NCBI GenBank assembly: GCA_963740085.1
Contig: CAVUCU010000001.1
Coordinates: 1,472,001 to 1,536,000 of the forward strand
Reading direction: 5' to 3'
DNA: 64,000 nucleotides
Source of the DNA: Nitrospirota bacterium
GTDB taxonomy: Bacteria > Nitrospirota > UBA9217
Position numbers and translations under genes: made by a program. This document shows positions 63,776-64,000 of this stretch, one piece after another (position 1 is the stretch's first letter; every line of letters starts with the position of its first letter). The notes below the pieces were generated by a model, which did not search any database, was not told the origin of the DNA, and saw only the letters and a list, made by a program, of their open reading frames with translations.

Positions 63776-64000
63776 ATGGATATGCCTTTCGTATGCTTCA
63801 ATAGAAAAAGTCTCGAAACGATTTTACCGCACAGAGGGGCGGCCCTCAGAAAAATTGACGGCGTTTTTTATAGCGCGGGCGACCCCGATATGTTGACGGG
63901 AGTCAAGGAACTTCGCGATGACGACGCGGATATTGAAGGCCATTTTCCCGGGGCGCCGACGTATCCCGGTTATGCCCAGGACGAATTTGTCTGTCTTATT
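63776..64000 (+). CDS. FabZ/FabA-like dehydratase, N-terminal part (truncated by window edge)
   Basis: Read by hand: ..ILPHRG..ID...GVKE....EGHFPGAPTYPG.., open to the window end. Confidence 0.7.
   Translation, partial: MDMPFVCFNRKSLETILPHRGAALRKIDGVFYSAGDPDMLTGVKELRDDDADIEGHFPGAPTYPGYAQDEFVCLI

Overview
Bacterial chromosomal window, probably from an anaerobe of the Nitrospirota or Desulfobacterota type (inferred from gene content and order; not confirmed). It has five parts. (1) 1-18.6 kb is a minus-strand envelope/general-stress island. It holds a DUF3494 ice-binding lipoprotein, Ig-like lipoproteins, two OmpA proteins, two BON proteins, CsbD, DUF883, DUF3309, an lmo0937-like protein, an AI-2E transporter and several microproteins under 60 aa. 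The island sits behind a sigma54-type promoter and next to a multiply frameshifted PAS-sigma54 activator. (2) 19-24.8 kb has miscellaneous genes, a double-domain bactofilin and prfC. (3) 25-29.7 kb is a nested mobile-DNA hotspot. An IS110-family (IS1111-type) element, whose downstream non-coding region contains segments matching its own target and donor junctions (bridge/seek-RNA-like), is inserted in a hairpin inside a non-autonomous element with GG..CC terminal inverted repeats and an 8-bp target duplication. A second, inverted copy of that element lies beyond trpB2 and an Lrp-domain gene. (4) 29.8-49.3 kb is core housekeeping: radical SAM, MutY-like, Smr, rnpB, an RNase HI remnant, tRNA-Ile2, rpoD-dnaG-mutS2-yqeY-rpsU, argJC, rpsI-rplM and rpsB-tsf-pyrH-frr. 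(5) 49.5-64 kb is an aryl-acid uptake and activation cluster (ACT protein, Liv-type ABC transporter with two binding proteins, two PaaK ligases, IorAB, PaaI), followed by a partial FabZ-like gene. Many intergenic spacers contain short palindromes built from 7-9-nt tandem units.
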